From Candidatus Latescibacterota bacterium (GTDB taxonomy: Bacteria > Latescibacterota > UBA2968 > UBA8231), in assembly GCA_965215195.1 (NCBI GenBank), contig CBDCDC010000001.1:1152001-1216000 (forward strand): 64,000 nt of DNA, given 5' to 3'. The first letter of the stretch is position 1, and each line of letters opens with the position of its first letter. The notes under the pieces were generated by a model. The model was given only the letters and a program-made list of their open reading frames with translations, had not been told where the DNA came from and made no database searches. Position numbers and translations under genes: made by a program. Below are positions 48,082 through 58,004 of the stretch, piece after piece.

Positions 48082-48903
48082 ATGGGGCGCATTGTGTTCG
48101 CAATCGCAGCACTGGCTGCGGTGGGCTACGTTTTGGCTGCGGCCTATCTCTATTTTTTTCAGGAAAAATTCGTCTATAAGCCGAGTGCCCGCATAGGGGT
48201 TACGCCGGCCTCGGTGGGGATGCGCTACGAGGAAGTTGCCTTGGTCACCAGCGACGGGGTGCGGCTGACCGGGTGGTATCTGCCGTTGGCCGATGCGCGG
48301 GGCACGGTGCTTTTTTGCCACGGCAATGCGGGCAACATATCGCATCTGCTCGCCGTGGCCGAGGACGCGCACCGGTTGGGCTTGGGGATTTTGCTGTTTG
48401 ATTACCGCGGCTACGGTCAGAGCGAGGGGACGCTTTCTGAGGAAGGTACATACCGCGATGTAGAGGCGGCTTGGAACTACTTGGTGCAAGAGGCCGGGCT
48501 AGCCCCGGATCAGATCGCGATTATCGGCCGCTCGCTGGGCGGGCCAATCGCCGCACGGCTGGCGCGGGACAAGACGCCGGCCGCCCTGTTTTTGGAGGCG
48601 ACCTTTACCTCTATACCCGAGCTGGGCCAAGACCTGTATCCGATCTTTCCGGTCGGCCTGCTCGCCCGCTACGAGTATCCCACGCTGGAGTACCTAAAGC
48701 AGGTTGAGTGCCCGGTGCTGATTTCTCACAGCCGCGACGACTGGCTGATTGCATTCGCGCACGGCCAGCGGCTGTACGAGGCCGCTGGCCAGCCCAAGGC
48801 GTTTATCGAACTCCAAGGCGGGCACGGCTCGGCCTTTAGCGAGGATGCGGCCGCGTATGAAGCCGGGGTAGAGGCGTTCTTGACGGAGGTGCTGGGGTGG
48901 TGA
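48082..48903 (+). CDS. Alpha/beta hydrolase (ABHD13/BEM46-like)
   Basis: HGNAGN, DYRGYG, GRSLG, H..DD, GGH. Confidence 0.9.
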   Translation: MGRIVFAIAALAAVGYVLAAAYLYFFQEKFVYKPSARIGVTPASVGMRYEEVALVTSDGVRLTGWYLPLADARGTVLFCHGNAGNISHLLAVAEDAHRLGLGILLFDYRGYGQSEGTLSEEGTYRDVEAAWNYLVQEAGLAPDQIAIIGRSLGGPIAARLARDKTPAALFLEATFTSIPELGQDLYPIFPVGLLARYEYPTLEYLKQVECPVLISHSRDDWLIAFAHGQRLYEAAGQPKAFIELQGGHGSAFSEDAAAYEAGVEAFLTEVLGW

Positions 48904-48958
48904 TGGAGGGGGTTTTGAGAATAGTATGTAGCGCACAAACCAACCTGTGGAGGAATAC

Positions 48959-50179
48959 ATGAGCGAAAAAAACAAGGGCGAGGTCGTCCGCTTGGCGATG
49001 GTGGGTTGCGGCGGCATGGCCGGGGCGCACTTGCGGGGGTACGAAGAGCTGTTGGAAAAGGGCGAGCCGCGGTTCCGCATTGTCGCAGCCGTAGATGAGG
49101 TGCCCGCGCGCGCCGAGGAGTTTGCCGCGCGCATCAATGGGTTTGCCGGCTGGGAGGTCAACGCATACACCAGCGTGGCCGAGCTGCTCGCCGGGGAAGA
49201 CGCGCTTGATGGGGCCGATATATGCAGCCCGCACGGCTTGCACCACGTGCTGGCCTGCGAGCTGCTAGAGGGTGGGGTCCACGTGCTGGTCGAAAAGCCG
49301 ATTGGGGTCACGGTGCGGGCCTCGAAGAAAATTGCGCAGACGGCCCAGCGCTGCGGCCGGGTCGCCGCCACGGCCGAGCAGTGCCGCCGCTCCTTGGGCC
49401 AGCGCGCGATCCACTGGGCCTTTAACGACGGCTTGTTGGGCGCGCCGAAAATGTGGTGGGCCGTGCAGGCCGGGTGGAATGATCCGGCCCAAGTGCCCAA
49501 TTGGCACTGGCGCATTGATCGCAAATTGGGCGGCTGCGGCATGGTCATGGACAGCGGGGCGCACTGGGTTGACACCATGCGCTATTGGTTTGGCGAGATC
49601 GAGAGCGTGTACGCCCGAGTTGAGCAGATCTACCCGCGCCCCCATCGCCAAGGCGAGGAAATTGTCGCTAGCGCGTGCGAGGACTTTTGGACCAGCATAT
49701 TCAACTTCAAAAGCGGCTTGATCGGCACGTGGTCGTGGACGATCAGCGCACCGGGCAGGGGCTTTACCCAACTGACCCTGAGCGGCGAGAAGGGGTCGAT
49801 TATCGACGCGGACATCTTCCACCCGGCCGCCTTTCAGGCCAATGGCGAGTGCCAGCTCGCCGACGGCACCACGCACAGCATGTCCGAGCTGCAAGCGATG
49901 TATTTGGCAACCCTGAGCGAGGCGGAAAAGGACGCGCTTTTCCCCTATGGAATCACCGGCGGGATAACGCTGGAATTGTGGGATTTTATCGACGCGTTGA
50001 GCAAGCGGCGGCCGGTGGAAATAGACGCGGAGGAAGGCTTGCGCAGCAAGGCCGTCAGCGAGGCTATCTACGAATCCGGCCACTCCGGGCAGGTGGTGCA
50101 GGTCGCCGACGTGCTGGCGGGCAAGGTCGACGCGTACCAGCGCGATGTCGACCGGGCGTGGGGGCTAGATACCGATTAA
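48959..50179 (+). CDS. Gfo/Idh/MocA oxidoreductase
   Basis: VGCGGMA, HVLVEKP, D.GAHWVD. Confidence 0.9.
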   Translation: MSEKNKGEVVRLAMVGCGGMAGAHLRGYEELLEKGEPRFRIVAAVDEVPARAEEFAARINGFAGWEVNAYTSVAELLAGEDALDGADICSPHGLHHVLACELLEGGVHVLVEKPIGVTVRASKKIAQTAQRCGRVAATAEQCRRSLGQRAIHWAFNDGLLGAPKMWWAVQAGWNDPAQVPNWHWRIDRKLGGCGMVMDSGAHWVDTMRYWFGEIESVYARVEQIYPRPHRQGEEIVASACEDFWTSIFNFKSGLIGTWSWTISAPGRGFTQLTLSGEKGSIIDADIFHPAAFQANGECQLADGTTHSMSELQAMYLATLSEAEKDALFPYGITGGITLELWDFIDALSKRRPVEIDAEEGLRSKAVSEAIYESGHSGQVVQVADVLAGKVDAYQRDVDRAWGLDTD

Positions 50180-51184
50180 GCGGTGCCAGAGGCGCTTTAG
50201 GGCTTGGTCGGTGCGCTGGGCGTCGAGCGAGTTGTTGGTGCGCTGGATGTCGGCGATGCGCTGGGGATGGGCTGGATCTGGCAGCAGGCGGAATGTGAAG
50301 AAGTAGGCCCCGGTGGAGTCGAGGTAGAAATCGGAGCGGCCAAAGCGCAGGTCGTAGAAGTAGAGCGCGTCGGCGCGGCGCTCCACCCGATAGTACCCGC
50401 GAGAAAACCAGAGCAGGCGCTGGACGGGCCGGTCGGCGCGCCGGGGGGCGATGAGGGGGGTGTTGCGCTCGATGCGGCGGAAGCGGATCGCCGAGTCGTC
50501 GTCGAGCAGGGAGTACAGTCCGGCCCACAGGTGGTCGTCTGCGCCGGCCAAGCCCGACCACAGCACGGCGTTGAACGGGGTCGGCGCGACGTGCAGGCGC
50601 TCGTAGGCAATGCCTTGCGCGGCGAGGGCGTGGGCAAAGGTGCTGCGCACGTGCAGGCAAATCGCGGCGGTGGCAAGCAAGTACGCCGTGCTCAAGCACA
50701 GGCCCAGCGCGTTGAGTCGCCGCCGCCAATGCAGTCGCCGCTGGCACAGGGCGGCGATGAGGCCGATCGCTAAGGGCAGGGTATAGAGCAGATCTATGAC
50801 GAAGATGGAACTGAAGGCGACCGGGTAGTTGCTGAACGGACTGAATAGCTGGGTGCCGTACCCGGTGAAGCAGTCGAGGAGGGCGTGCGTGAGAATCGCC
50901 CAGAACGCCAGTGTAGACCACTCGCGCCAGCGCGCGGCGCGGTGTAGCTTAGACAGGGCCCAGCCCACCCCGAGGCCGCCGACCGCGGCAAAGAGCAGGG
51001 AATGCGACACCCAGCGGTGAAAGCCCAATAGGTCGGTCTCCGATAGAAAGGCCGCGCCCAACACGTCGAGGTCTGGGAGGATGCCGATGGCCGCGCCCCA
51101 CAGGGGGGCCTTGTTGCCCACCTTTTTGCCTAAGACCTTTTCGCCGACGGCCGCGCCGAGCGCGATTTGCGTAACGCTATCCAT
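50165..51184 (-). CDS. YdjM-like inner-membrane metal-dependent hydrolase
   Basis: MDSVTQ, LPDLD, HR..SHS, THALLD.FT.YG. Confidence 0.88.
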   Translation of the reverse strand: MDSVTQIALGAAVGEKVLGKKVGNKAPLWGAAIGILPDLDVLGAAFLSETDLLGFHRWVSHSLLFAAVGGLGVGWALSKLHRAARWREWSTLAFWAILTHALLDCFTGYGTQLFSPFSNYPVAFSSIFVIDLLYTLPLAIGLIAALCQRRLHWRRRLNALGLCLSTAYLLATAAICLHVRSTFAHALAAQGIAYERLHVAPTPFNAVLWSGLAGADDHLWAGLYSLLDDDSAIRFRRIERNTPLIAPRRADRPVQRLLWFSRGYYRVERRADALYFYDLRFGRSDFYLDSTGAYFFTFRLLPDPAHPQRIADIQRTNNSLDAQRTDQALKRLWHRLIGI

Positions 51185-51278
51185 AGGAGCTTTCGATTTG
51201 CCGAGAACAACGTACGAAGAAAACGCCGCGAGCGCATGGTGGCGGCCCGTGTATTCGGACGAGTGCGCCGCCTCGCTC
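51166..51278. repeat. Direct repeat, left copy (partner at 52923-53029)
   Basis: 67/68 identical over 51166-51233 versus 52923-52990, then about 40 nt of degenerate similarity. Confidence 0.92.
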
Positions 51279-51295
51279 GCTAGGAGATACAATAG

Positions 51296-52900
51296 ATGAC
51301 GACCACAACCATGCGTTTCTTCAATACGGCCGGCCCGATCAAGACGGACATCCACTACCACGTCCCGCTCCTATCGCGGCTCAACATTGACGACCTGCTA
51401 TTGCTCATCCGGCAGGAGAAGTACTTCGTTCTGCACGCACCGCGGCAGACGGGCAAGACCTCGGCGTTGTTCGCCTTGAGGGATCAATTAAACGCCGGTG
51501 GCGAGTTCCGCTGTGTGTACGCGAACATTGAGGCTGCCCAGACGTCTCGGGAGGACGTGGCGCGGGCGATGCGGGCGATCCTCACCGAACTACAGCTTGT
51601 GGCGCTCGAGACGCTGGGCGATGAGTCGCTGGCGGCCCTGTGTCCCGGGGTGCTGGAGGAGGCGGGGCCGGATGGGGCGCTCCGGGTAGTGCTGGCGCGC
51701 TGGGCGGCTGCCGATCCCAAGCCACTGGTGCTGCTGCTCGACGAGATCGACTCACTGGTCGGCGACAGCCTGTTGTCGGTGCTGCGGCAGCTACGCGCCG
51801 GCTACCCGGAGCGCCCGCGTCGCTTCCCGCAGAGCGCGATCTTGTGCGGGGTGCGCGACGTGCGCGACTACCGCATTCAGTCGTCCGTGGAAAACGCCAT
51901 CGTCGCCGGGGGCAGCGCGTTCAACATCCGCGCCGAGTCTCTGCGGCTCGGAGATTTTTCGCGCCAGGAGGTTGAGTCCCTGCTGGCGCAGCACACCGAG
52001 GAGACTGGCCAGGCCTTCACGGGCGAGGCGCGTACCGCGATTTGGGAGCTGACTCAAGGCCAGCCGTGGCTGGTCAACGCCTTGGCGTACGAAGCCTGCT
52101 TCAAAAACAAGGCCGGGCGGGACCGCGGCCGGCCCATTTCTGTCGCCGCCATCCAAGACGCGCACGAGCAATTGATCCTGCGCCGGGAGACGCATCTGGA
52201 CCAACTCACCGACAAACTCCAAGAGGAGCGGGTGCGCCGGGTGATTGAGCCGCTGCTGAGCGGTACCACCGAGGCTGCCGCGATTGCCGACGACGATCTG
52301 CAGTACGTGCGCGATCTCGGTCTGGTCGGCCTTGGCAAGCCAGTGGCCATCGCCAACCCGATCTACCGCGAGGTGATCCCGCGCGCCCTGACTTGGACCA
52401 CGCAGGAGATGGTGATTCACGACGATCCGGCTTGGTATATCGCGGACGACGGGGCGCTGGAGGTGGACAAGTTGCTGGCGGCGTTCCAAGAATTTTTCCG
52501 CGAGCACTCCGAGCACTGGGTGGAGCGCTTCCAGTACAAAGAGGCCGGTCCCCAGTTGCTGCTACAGGCGTTTTTGCAGCGCATCGTCAACAGCGGCGGG
52601 CGCATTGAGCGCGAGTACGGCTTGGGTCGGCGGCGCACGGATTTGCTGCTGGTGTGGCCGGTGGGCGGGGATACCGGCAGGACGCAGAAGGTGGTGATTG
52701 AGTGCAAGGTGCTGCATCGGGGGCTGGAGCGGACGCTGCGCGAAGGACTGGCGCAGACGCGGGCCTACATGGACTGCTGCGCGGCAGCGGAAGGGCACCT
52801 CGTGCTCTTCGATCGCACCAAGGGCAAGTCGTGGGACGACAAGGTGTATCGCCGCGAGGAAGCCGAAGGCGGCGCACCGGTCGCGGTGTGGGGAATGTGA
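51296..52900 (+). CDS. AAA-like ATPase with C-terminal PD-(D/E)XK nuclease domain
   Basis: FFNTAGP, APRQTGKT, LLDEID, TQGQPWLVN, REYGLGRRRTDL...IECK. Confidence 0.9.
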   Translation: MTTTTMRFFNTAGPIKTDIHYHVPLLSRLNIDDLLLLIRQEKYFVLHAPRQTGKTSALFALRDQLNAGGEFRCVYANIEAAQTSREDVARAMRAILTELQLVALETLGDESLAALCPGVLEEAGPDGALRVVLARWAAADPKPLVLLLDEIDSLVGDSLLSVLRQLRAGYPERPRRFPQSAILCGVRDVRDYRIQSSVENAIVAGGSAFNIRAESLRLGDFSRQEVESLLAQHTEETGQAFTGEARTAIWELTQGQPWLVNALAYEACFKNKAGRDRGRPISVAAIQDAHEQLILRRETHLDQLTDKLQEERVRRVIEPLLSGTTEAAAIADDDLQYVRDLGLVGLGKPVAIANPIYREVIPRALTWTTQEMVIHDDPAWYIADDGALEVDKLLAAFQEFFREHSEHWVERFQYKEAGPQLLLQAFLQRIVNSGGRIEREYGLGRRRTDLLLVWPVGGDTGRTQKVVIECKVLHRGLERTLREGLAQTRAYMDCCAAAEGHLVLFDRTKGKSWDDKVYRREEAEGGAPVAVWGM

Positions 52901-52922
52901 TGGGCATACAGGGGCCGCTGTT

Positions 52923-53029
52923 TTTGCGTAACGCTATCCATAGGAGCTTTCGATTTGCCGAGAACAACGTACGAAGGAAACGCCGCGAGCTGGCAGCCGG
53001 TGGGTTCGGACGAGTGCGCCGACCCGCTC
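52923..53029. repeat. Direct repeat, right copy
   Basis: See 51166-51278. Confidence 0.92.
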
Positions 53030-53776
53030 CGCGCCTTGGCCCGGGCGGATATACCGGCGATCCTGCTGCCCCAAGTTTGCACGCCAGCCGATTGCCAGCG
53101 GCTGATGGAGCGCTTGGGCGAGCGCGGGTTGCTGCGCGCCCCGGGCGACGAGCGCACGCGCATCGACATTGGCACTAGCCTCGGCAACATGGGCGGCGAC
53201 CAAGCGGCATTCTTGGCTCATGCGGAGGAGACGCACGCGCTTTTTGCTACCCTCTTCGCAGGCTTGCTCGATCCAGTGCAGCTACTCTATCGGCACTTGC
53301 AGGCGTTGGCACCCGACAAGGCGGTTAAGACAGCGCGCGAGCGCGACGGACGCTTGTATGGCCCAGCTATCTTTCGCATCCACTACGAGACCCACGCCTA
53401 TAGTCCGCACATCGACCACGTGGTCCTGCGCGAAAAGCGATTCAACTATGAGGTGGTGCGCTTTACCCATCAATTTGCCGGTGTGCTGTGTGTGCAGAAC
53501 GCGGCCGCGCAGGGAGCGGGCGTGCAAGCCGTGTTGCACCGTTGCTTGTGGAGCGAGGAGATACAGCCGCATATCGCCGAGGGCCGTTTTCACGAGTACG
53601 CGGCCGCGCACGGCGTGGACCACTGCGAGGTCGCGCTCGAGCCGGGCGATCTGTACTTCTTCAATACGCGCTGCATCCACGAGGTCCCAGCCGTGCAGGG
53701 GGACGATCCGCGAGTGGTGCTCGCCGTCTTTATTGGCTATGCCGACGACGACGAAGAAATCTACGTGTGGTCTTAA
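52955..53776 (+). CDS. Fe(II)/2-oxoglutarate-dependent oxygenase-like protein
   Basis: AGGAG then TTG; PHID, PGDLYFFN...IHEV...R. Confidence 0.75.
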   Translation: MPRTTYEGNAASWQPVGSDECADPLRALARADIPAILLPQVCTPADCQRLMERLGERGLLRAPGDERTRIDIGTSLGNMGGDQAAFLAHAEETHALFATLFAGLLDPVQLLYRHLQALAPDKAVKTARERDGRLYGPAIFRIHYETHAYSPHIDHVVLREKRFNYEVVRFTHQFAGVLCVQNAAAQGAGVQAVLHRCLWSEEIQPHIAEGRFHEYAAAHGVDHCEVALEPGDLYFFNTRCIHEVPAVQGDDPRVVLAVFIGYADDDEEIYVWS

Positions 53777-53779
53777 CCC

Positions 53780-54888
53780 GTGTTGCCGTTTACGCGCATC
53801 GTCCGCTCCTTGCCGCCGACCGTCCCCTTTGTGCCGCCCGAGGCGCTGGAAAGGCAGCAGGGACAGCCGCTCGCCCTGCGGGTTGGGGCCAATGAGAGCA
53901 ATTTCGGGATCTCGCCGCGGGCGCGGCAGGCCATGGTGGAGGCGGTGGAGCAAGTGCATTGGTACAACGACCCGGAGGGGTACGAGCTGCGCTCGGCGCT
54001 GGCGGTGCGGCACGAAGTGGCGCGGGAAGAGGTTGCCTTGGGCGCGGGCATTGACGAGTTGTTGGGGCTTTTGGTGCGTCTGTTTGCCGAGCCGGGCGAC
54101 GCAGTGGTGACCTCGCTGGGGGCCTATCCCACGTTCAACTACCACGTCAAGGGGCACGGGGCGGTGTTGCACAAGGTGCCCTATCGCGCGGATCGGGAGG
54201 ATTTGCCGGCCCTGTTGGCCAAGGCGCGGCAAGTGCGCCCCAAGCTGCTGTACGTGGCCAATCCCGACAATCCCATGGGCACCTATCAGCGGGCCGACGA
54301 GTTGCGGGATTTTAGCGCGGAGTTGCCGCCGGGCTGTGCGTTGCTGCTCGACGAGGCGTACAGCGACTTCGCGCCCGCAGACGCGCACCTGCCGCTAGAA
54401 GTGGAGCGGGCACAGGTGGTGCGGCTGCGGACGTTTTCCAAGGCGCACGGCATGGCCGGGGCTAGAATTGGCTACGCGCTGGCGCACCGCGACATGGTGG
54501 CCGCGCTCGACAAGGTCCGCAATCACTTTGGCGTCAACCGCATTGCCCAAGCCGGGGCGCTCGCTTCGCTGGGCGACGACGAGTTTGTACGGGAGGTGGT
54601 GCGGCAAGTGGAGGAAGGCCGGCGGGAATACGCGGCACTGGCGGCGGAATTGGAGCTGAAAACAGTGCTTCGGCGACTAATTTCGTGGCGCTCGACGTGG
54701 GCAGTGGCCAGCGAGCGCGGCGCCTGATGCAGGTGCTTTTGCAGCACGGAGTCTTCGTGCGGATGCCGGGCGTGGCTCCGCTCGACCGCTGCATCCGCCT
54801 GACCGTGGGGCCAGCAGCCGAGCGGCAAGCCTTTGCGCGGGTGTTGCGCGAGGTGTTGCCGCAATTAAATGAGGATGGATGCAGATGA
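53780..54888 (+). CDS. Class I/II aminotransferase (histidinol-phosphate aminotransferase-like), frameshift near 54668
   Basis: ANES, ANPDNPMG, DEAY, RTFSKAHGMAGARIGY; C-terminus SATNFV...IRLTVG in the next frame. Confidence 0.85.
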
Positions 54889-56243
54889 CCGCCACCGACC
54901 CAGCCCTCCTCCACCGCGACCCGCAATACGCCTACCCGGTTCTCGTCAAGGGCGAAGGGATTTACTTGTACGACGAAGCCGGTCGGCGCTATATCGACGG
55001 CACGGCCGGGGCCGGCAACGTCACCTTGGGCCACGGCCGCCATGCCATCGTCGAGGCCATGGCCGCCCAAGGACGGGAGTTGGCCTATTGCTTTTCGACG
55101 TTCTTTACCAATCAGCCGGCCCTTGAGTACGCCCGCTGCTTGGCCGAACTGGCCCCCGGGGATTTGAACCACGCGTACTTTGTCTCAGGCGGCTCCGAAG
55201 GCGTGGAGACGGCCATTAAACTGGCTCGCTTGTACCATTTGCAGCGGGGGCAAGCGCAAAAGCACCAGATCATTGGTCGTTGGCGCGGCTATCACGGCGC
55301 TACTTTGGGGGCCCTAGCAGCTACCGGGATGCCGGGGCTGCGGGGCCCCTTTGAGCCGTATCTGCCGGCTTTTCCGCACATTGCCTCGTGCTATCCCTAT
55401 CGCTGCGCTTTCGTCGGTTGCCAAGATCGCTGCAATTTGACCTGCGCCCGCCAGTTAGAAGAGACCATCCGCGAGGTAGGAGCCGACAACATCGCCGCCT
55501 TTATCGCCGAACCGGTGGTCATGGCCGGGATCGCCGCCGGGGTTCCGCCGCCCGATTACTACCCCCTCATCCGCCAAATCTGCGACGAGCACGACGTCCT
55601 CTTTATCGCCGACGAGATCATCACCGGCTTTGGCCGCACCGGCAAACTCTTTGCCATTGAGCACTGGGATGTGGTGCCCGATATGGTCGTTTTCGGCAAA
55701 GGGGCCAGCAGTGGGTATGCGCCCTTGGGGGGTGTCTTGCTGAGCGAACAGATGCGGCGGGGTCTCACTCGCAGCGGCCAAGCCTTGCCGCACGTTTTTA
55801 CCTATGTCAACAACCCAGTGGCTATGCGCGCTGGCTTGGCCGTACTGGAGTTGCTAAAAGAAGAAGGCATCGTGGAACACGCCGCTCAGGTCGGGGCCTA
55901 TTTGCAGGAAAAGGCCGAGGGCTTGACGCGCCATCCTTGCGTTGGCCAAGTGCGCGGCAAGGGCCTGATGCTGGGCATTGAACTGGTACAGGATCGCCGC
56001 CGCCGCGCGCCTTTTCCTCCCGAGTGGGGCGCGGCGCGGCGCGTACCGCAACTCACCTTGGAACGGGGACTGGCTATTGCGGGCACGAGTGGGGGCGCCG
56101 ACTGGGTCGGGGGCGATGATTTGCGCTTCTACCCGCCGCTGATCATTACGCGAGAACAGCTCGACGAATCCTTGGCTATCATCGACGAGTGTTTGGGATT
56201 GCTAAAAGGGGAACTGCGGCAAAGGGGCTGGGAGCCGACCTAG
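54879..56243 (+). CDS. Class III aminotransferase
   Basis: SGGSEGVE, YHG.T, IAEP, IADEIITGFGRTG, GKG. Confidence 0.92.
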   Translation: MQMTATDPALLHRDPQYAYPVLVKGEGIYLYDEAGRRYIDGTAGAGNVTLGHGRHAIVEAMAAQGRELAYCFSTFFTNQPALEYARCLAELAPGDLNHAYFVSGGSEGVETAIKLARLYHLQRGQAQKHQIIGRWRGYHGATLGALAATGMPGLRGPFEPYLPAFPHIASCYPYRCAFVGCQDRCNLTCARQLEETIREVGADNIAAFIAEPVVMAGIAAGVPPPDYYPLIRQICDEHDVLFIADEIITGFGRTGKLFAIEHWDVVPDMVVFGKGASSGYAPLGGVLLSEQMRRGLTRSGQALPHVFTYVNNPVAMRAGLAVLELLKEEGIVEHAAQVGAYLQEKAEGLTRHPCVGQVRGKGLMLGIELVQDRRRRAPFPPEWGAARRVPQLTLERGLAIAGTSGGADWVGGDDLRFYPPLIITREQLDESLAIIDECLGLLKGELRQRGWEPT

Positions 56244-56284
56244 TTCAGCGTTCCGCAACGGAAACCAATGGGCCAGATTGCCCA

Positions 56285-57811
56285 TCAGTGATCGCACGTA
56301 TGGTGCTTATCTACTTGTCTCCATATATGATTGTCCCAATCCCGTATCGGCTCTCGGGGCAGTAATTCCGCGAGCGTGAGGCTGGCTAGGTCGCGGCCGT
56401 TCTCTAGTGCCTTGTCGATAACGTCGCGTCCGCCTTTGATCTTCTTTTTTCCATGCACGATGGCCGAACGGACTCCATAGAAGGACTTTACTGTGTTGGA
56501 TATCCAGTCGCGTTTGTCGGGGCCTTGGCCGAGCAGTCGTTCTGCGCGGGCCGATAACTGGTGGGCCACTTTCTGTTTGATCGGACCGTACATGATCTCC
56601 AAGGCGATGGAGACATCGAGGATTCGATCCTCCGCACTAAAGGGGCCGCCGACCCGGGCAAAAGAGGCGGCGAGGCGGCGGATCGCAAGGTCGATAACAT
56701 CGCGCTTGCTGCGATAGGTGCACCAGTGGTTCGCCAATGCAGCGAAAGCAGCCGCGTCATGCGGATAGAGTTGGCGTTCCTTGGGCCATGCGTCGGACAA
56801 GGAGGCGAAGGTGCTGCGAGAACCGAACGCGAAGTTGGGATCAAGCTCCTCTACCCACTTGGCGACGCGGACAAAGCTCACATGCGAGATCAGCGGACTC
56901 TTCGTAGCGATCGACAGCAAATCCACTAGGACTTTGTTGTCGTCTGGAAAGCGGTCTGCAAGGTCGATCTCGTAGTCGCCGGGGAAGCGGTACTTGACTT
57001 TCGGGGCAACAGATCGGCGGGACTTATTGGAAAAATCGCCATCGTCCGGCGGGGGAGCGACCCCTGGCCCCCACCTTAGACCACGCACGAGCGCGGTCGT
57101 GCTCGCGGAACGGTTCTGGCCAGTGCCGTTGAGCCACTTCTCGGGTTCGTCGGGCAGGCCGTAGGTCGCCTTGGCGTCCTCGTAGGGCACCAGATAGGCT
57201 TCGCTGCCAAGATCGAAGCGCCTGTCGAGTTTTAAGCCGTGCAAGAGCGTGACCTCGTATGCCGGGAGATCGGCATCTGCTCCGGCCGTCAGGTAGCGGT
57301 GCAGTAGGTGCGCTGCCTGCTCTGCGCTGTCCTTCATAGCGCGTTTGGCCAGATGGGATACGAGGGACTTCAACTCGACGTAGAACCAGTCGTGCGTAGA
57401 CAGCATGAAGCCAACCCCTTCGCGCTTGCCCGAACCGATCAGTCCCGGTCGCAGCAAGGGATGCTCGCGCAGGATTGCTCTTGCTTCTACGGGGTCGGAC
57501 TTGAGCCAGAGGTGAGATTCTGCGAAGAGTTTTGCGGCGGCGGGATCGTGCTTTGCGCGTAGGGCGAGATCTCGGTATTGCCGGTGGATGCTCGGCCAGT
57601 ATTCGTCTAGCGGGCCGTAGTGTGGATTCTCTGGTGCAAAGGGGAAAGAGGGTCGCGCCTGCGCGGCAACATCTTCAAGCGCTGCGGCTAGCCGGCCGAT
57701 CCAATCTGTTGCGTTAAAGGCTGTGCCATTAGCTTGCGTACCCTGTCGGGTAAAGACGTGCCCTTTGGAGTTGCCCCAAGTTGCAGAGGTGCTTCCATAA
57801 TCATCAGGCAT
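56285..57811 (-). CDS. HEPN-domain (ApeA-like) protein
   Basis: C-terminal IALE...LS.RA..LLG...FYGVRSAIVHG with an intact RX4H motif; composition differs from neighbours. Confidence 0.72.
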   Translation of the reverse strand: MPDDYGSTSATWGNSKGHVFTRQGTQANGTAFNATDWIGRLAAALEDVAAQARPSFPFAPENPHYGPLDEYWPSIHRQYRDLALRAKHDPAAAKLFAESHLWLKSDPVEARAILREHPLLRPGLIGSGKREGVGFMLSTHDWFYVELKSLVSHLAKRAMKDSAEQAAHLLHRYLTAGADADLPAYEVTLLHGLKLDRRFDLGSEAYLVPYEDAKATYGLPDEPEKWLNGTGQNRSASTTALVRGLRWGPGVAPPPDDGDFSNKSRRSVAPKVKYRFPGDYEIDLADRFPDDNKVLVDLLSIATKSPLISHVSFVRVAKWVEELDPNFAFGSRSTFASLSDAWPKERQLYPHDAAAFAALANHWCTYRSKRDVIDLAIRRLAASFARVGGPFSAEDRILDVSIALEIMYGPIKQKVAHQLSARAERLLGQGPDKRDWISNTVKSFYGVRSAIVHGKKKIKGGRDVIDKALENGRDLASLTLAELLPREPIRDWDNHIWRQVDKHHTCDH

Positions 57812-58004
57812 GATGCGTCCTTGCTGAATTGGGGGCCCGGCCAGTGGGACAGCCTACTCGCTTCTATTAGAAAAATAAGGCAAAAAGACCGGGTCAAGCG
57901 CACGAGCGGGGGCCGATACGGCCCCTAAAGGCCGGCCTTGTGCCAAGCGCGGGGATGCATTTTAGTAGCAAGTGATTCTGCGATTTTTCCAAGAGGATTG
58001 ACTA

